A DNA stretch of 61,274 nucleotides, filler included. It is 6 parts of 6 records of this genome, joined end to end, with 100 filler letters (N's around TTAATTAATTAA, not from the genome) between each part and the next. Parts side by side here need not be neighbours in the genome. Positions count along the whole stretch, not along the records: positions 53,603 to 61,274 come from DRR723986_15680; 5 more parts are not named here. One strand, given 5' to 3'. A model generated the notes under the pieces. That model was not told the DNA's origin and made no database searches. It was given only the letters and a program-made list of their open reading frames with translations. This document shows positions 60,417 to 61,274 of this stretch, one piece after another (within the stretch, counting starts at the first letter, position 1; every line of letters starts with the position of its first letter). A program made the position numbers and the translations under genes.

Positions 60417-61274
60417 GGGGTCTCTTTCAGGGTCTGGATCGCGCCCGCGGCGCAGAGTTCCGCAAGGTCGAACGCGGCCGGATCGAGCAGCCGCGACAGA
60501 ATGGCCGCGGTATCCGCGCCCAGATCGGGCGCGGCCCGCGGGGGGATCGGCGGTGTCCGCGACAACCGGAGCGGCGAGGCCACTCCGACCACCGTCGATC
60601 CGTCCGCCGATACGGGGCTGGTCCGCATGCCCCGCGCCTGAACCTGCGGGTCGGAAAAGACCCGTTCGAGGTCGTTGATCGGCCCGACCGGAACGCTGGC
60701 GGCGTTCAGCGCGGCGATCCAGTCGTCCATGCTGCGCCCCGACAGCACGCCCTGCAGGATCGGGATCAGGGTCGCGCGGTTGCGCACCCTTTCGGGGTTC
60801 GTGGCGAACCGCGGATCCTCGGCAAGACCGGGCATCCCGGCCACCGCGCAGAAGCGGGAGAATTGCCCGTCGTTGCCGATGGCAAGGATGACGTGGCCGT
60901 CGCTGGTGGCGAAGGCCTCGTAGGGCACGATGCTGGGATGGGCATTGCCCAGCCGCCCCGGAGAGGTGCCGGTCGCAAGGTAGTTCATCGCCTGATTGGC
61001 CAGCGTGGCGACCTGCACGTCCAGCAGGGCCATGTCGATGTGCTGCCCCTCGCCGGTGGCATCGCGGTGCCGCAGCGCCGCGAGAATGCCGATCACCGCG
61101 TAAAGCCCCGTCAGAACATCGGTCAGCGCGACCCCGACCTTCATCGGTTCCGCACCGGGGGAGCCGTCAGGCTGGCCGGTCACGCTCATCAACCCGCCCA
61201 TGGCCTGTATCAGGAAATCATAGCCCGCCCGGTCGGCATAGGGCCCGGTCTGGCCGAAGCCGGTGATCGAGCAA
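60413..61274 (-). CDS. CaiB/BaiF family III CoA transferase (5' end beyond the window)
   Basis: SITGFGQTGPY..RAGYD, GGLMS.TG, D..TG, GQHID.AL, P.LG.DT. Confidence 0.92.
   Translation of the reverse strand, partial: CSITGFGQTGPYADRAGYDFLIQAMGGLMSVTGQPDGSPGAEPMKVGVALTDVLTGLYAVIGILAALRHRDATGEGQHIDMALLDVQVATLANQAMNYLATGTSPGRLGNAHPSIVPYEAFATSDGHVILAIGNDGQFSRFCAVAGMPGLAEDPRFATNPERVRNRATLIPILQGVLSGRSMDDWIAALNAASVPVGPINDLERVFSDPQVQARGMRTSPVSADGSTVVGVASPLRLSRTPPIPPRAAPDLGADTAAILSRLLDPAAFDLAELCAAGAIQTLKETP

Noticed and set aside
59553..60641. 362-aa plus-strand ORF
   Set aside because: Shadow of the enoyl-CoA hydratase and CoA transferase on the minus strand

Overview
This window is not one continuous locus. 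It is six contig fragments joined by 100-bp N spacers, each carrying the artificial all-frame-stop linker TTAATTAATTAA. Taxonomic labels below are inferred from gene content and style. (1) 1-9679, gammaproteobacterial (Marinobacter-like): dsbD, epmC-rhlB-pdxB, htpX, alaA, gpx-ohrR, hybrid kinase. (2) 9780-15920, Rhodobacteraceae-like: trcR/DUF1013, ankyrin protein, RNase T2, PhzF, ArsR-ArsP. (3) 16021-24376, Rhodobacteraceae-like: ridA, GDPD, GNAT, phhB, sulfotransferase, Prx, ferredoxin reductase, rsmD, HAD, recQ. (4) 24477-46794, betaproteobacterial (Limnobacter-like): DUF1329-YCF48-MMPL, CheV, SigF/NrsF, frmA-fghA, OYE/LysR, rarD, PQQ dehydrogenase-cytochrome c, tmRNA, gph-ubiG-ompA. (5) 46895-53502, Rhodobacteraceae-like: tRNA-Ser fragment, AlaX, MscS, cysK, trgB, trgA, cfa. 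(6) 53603-61274, high-GC alphaproteobacterial: IclR, TetR, RND pump, enoyl-CoA hydratase, CoA transferase. I found no CRISPR array, integrase or transposase. The best leads are: a second copy of the tmRNA 3' end whose T-loop is replaced by a structured 97-nt insert; a long tmRNA tag (ANDSSFSPELKLAA); a SigF/NrsF pair divergent from the formaldehyde-detox genes, with a SigF-type promoter straddling the apparent sigF start codon; a likely methylarsenite-type ArsR/ArsP pair; and several orphan proteins and structured intergenic RNAs. None of these is proven to be a new system.
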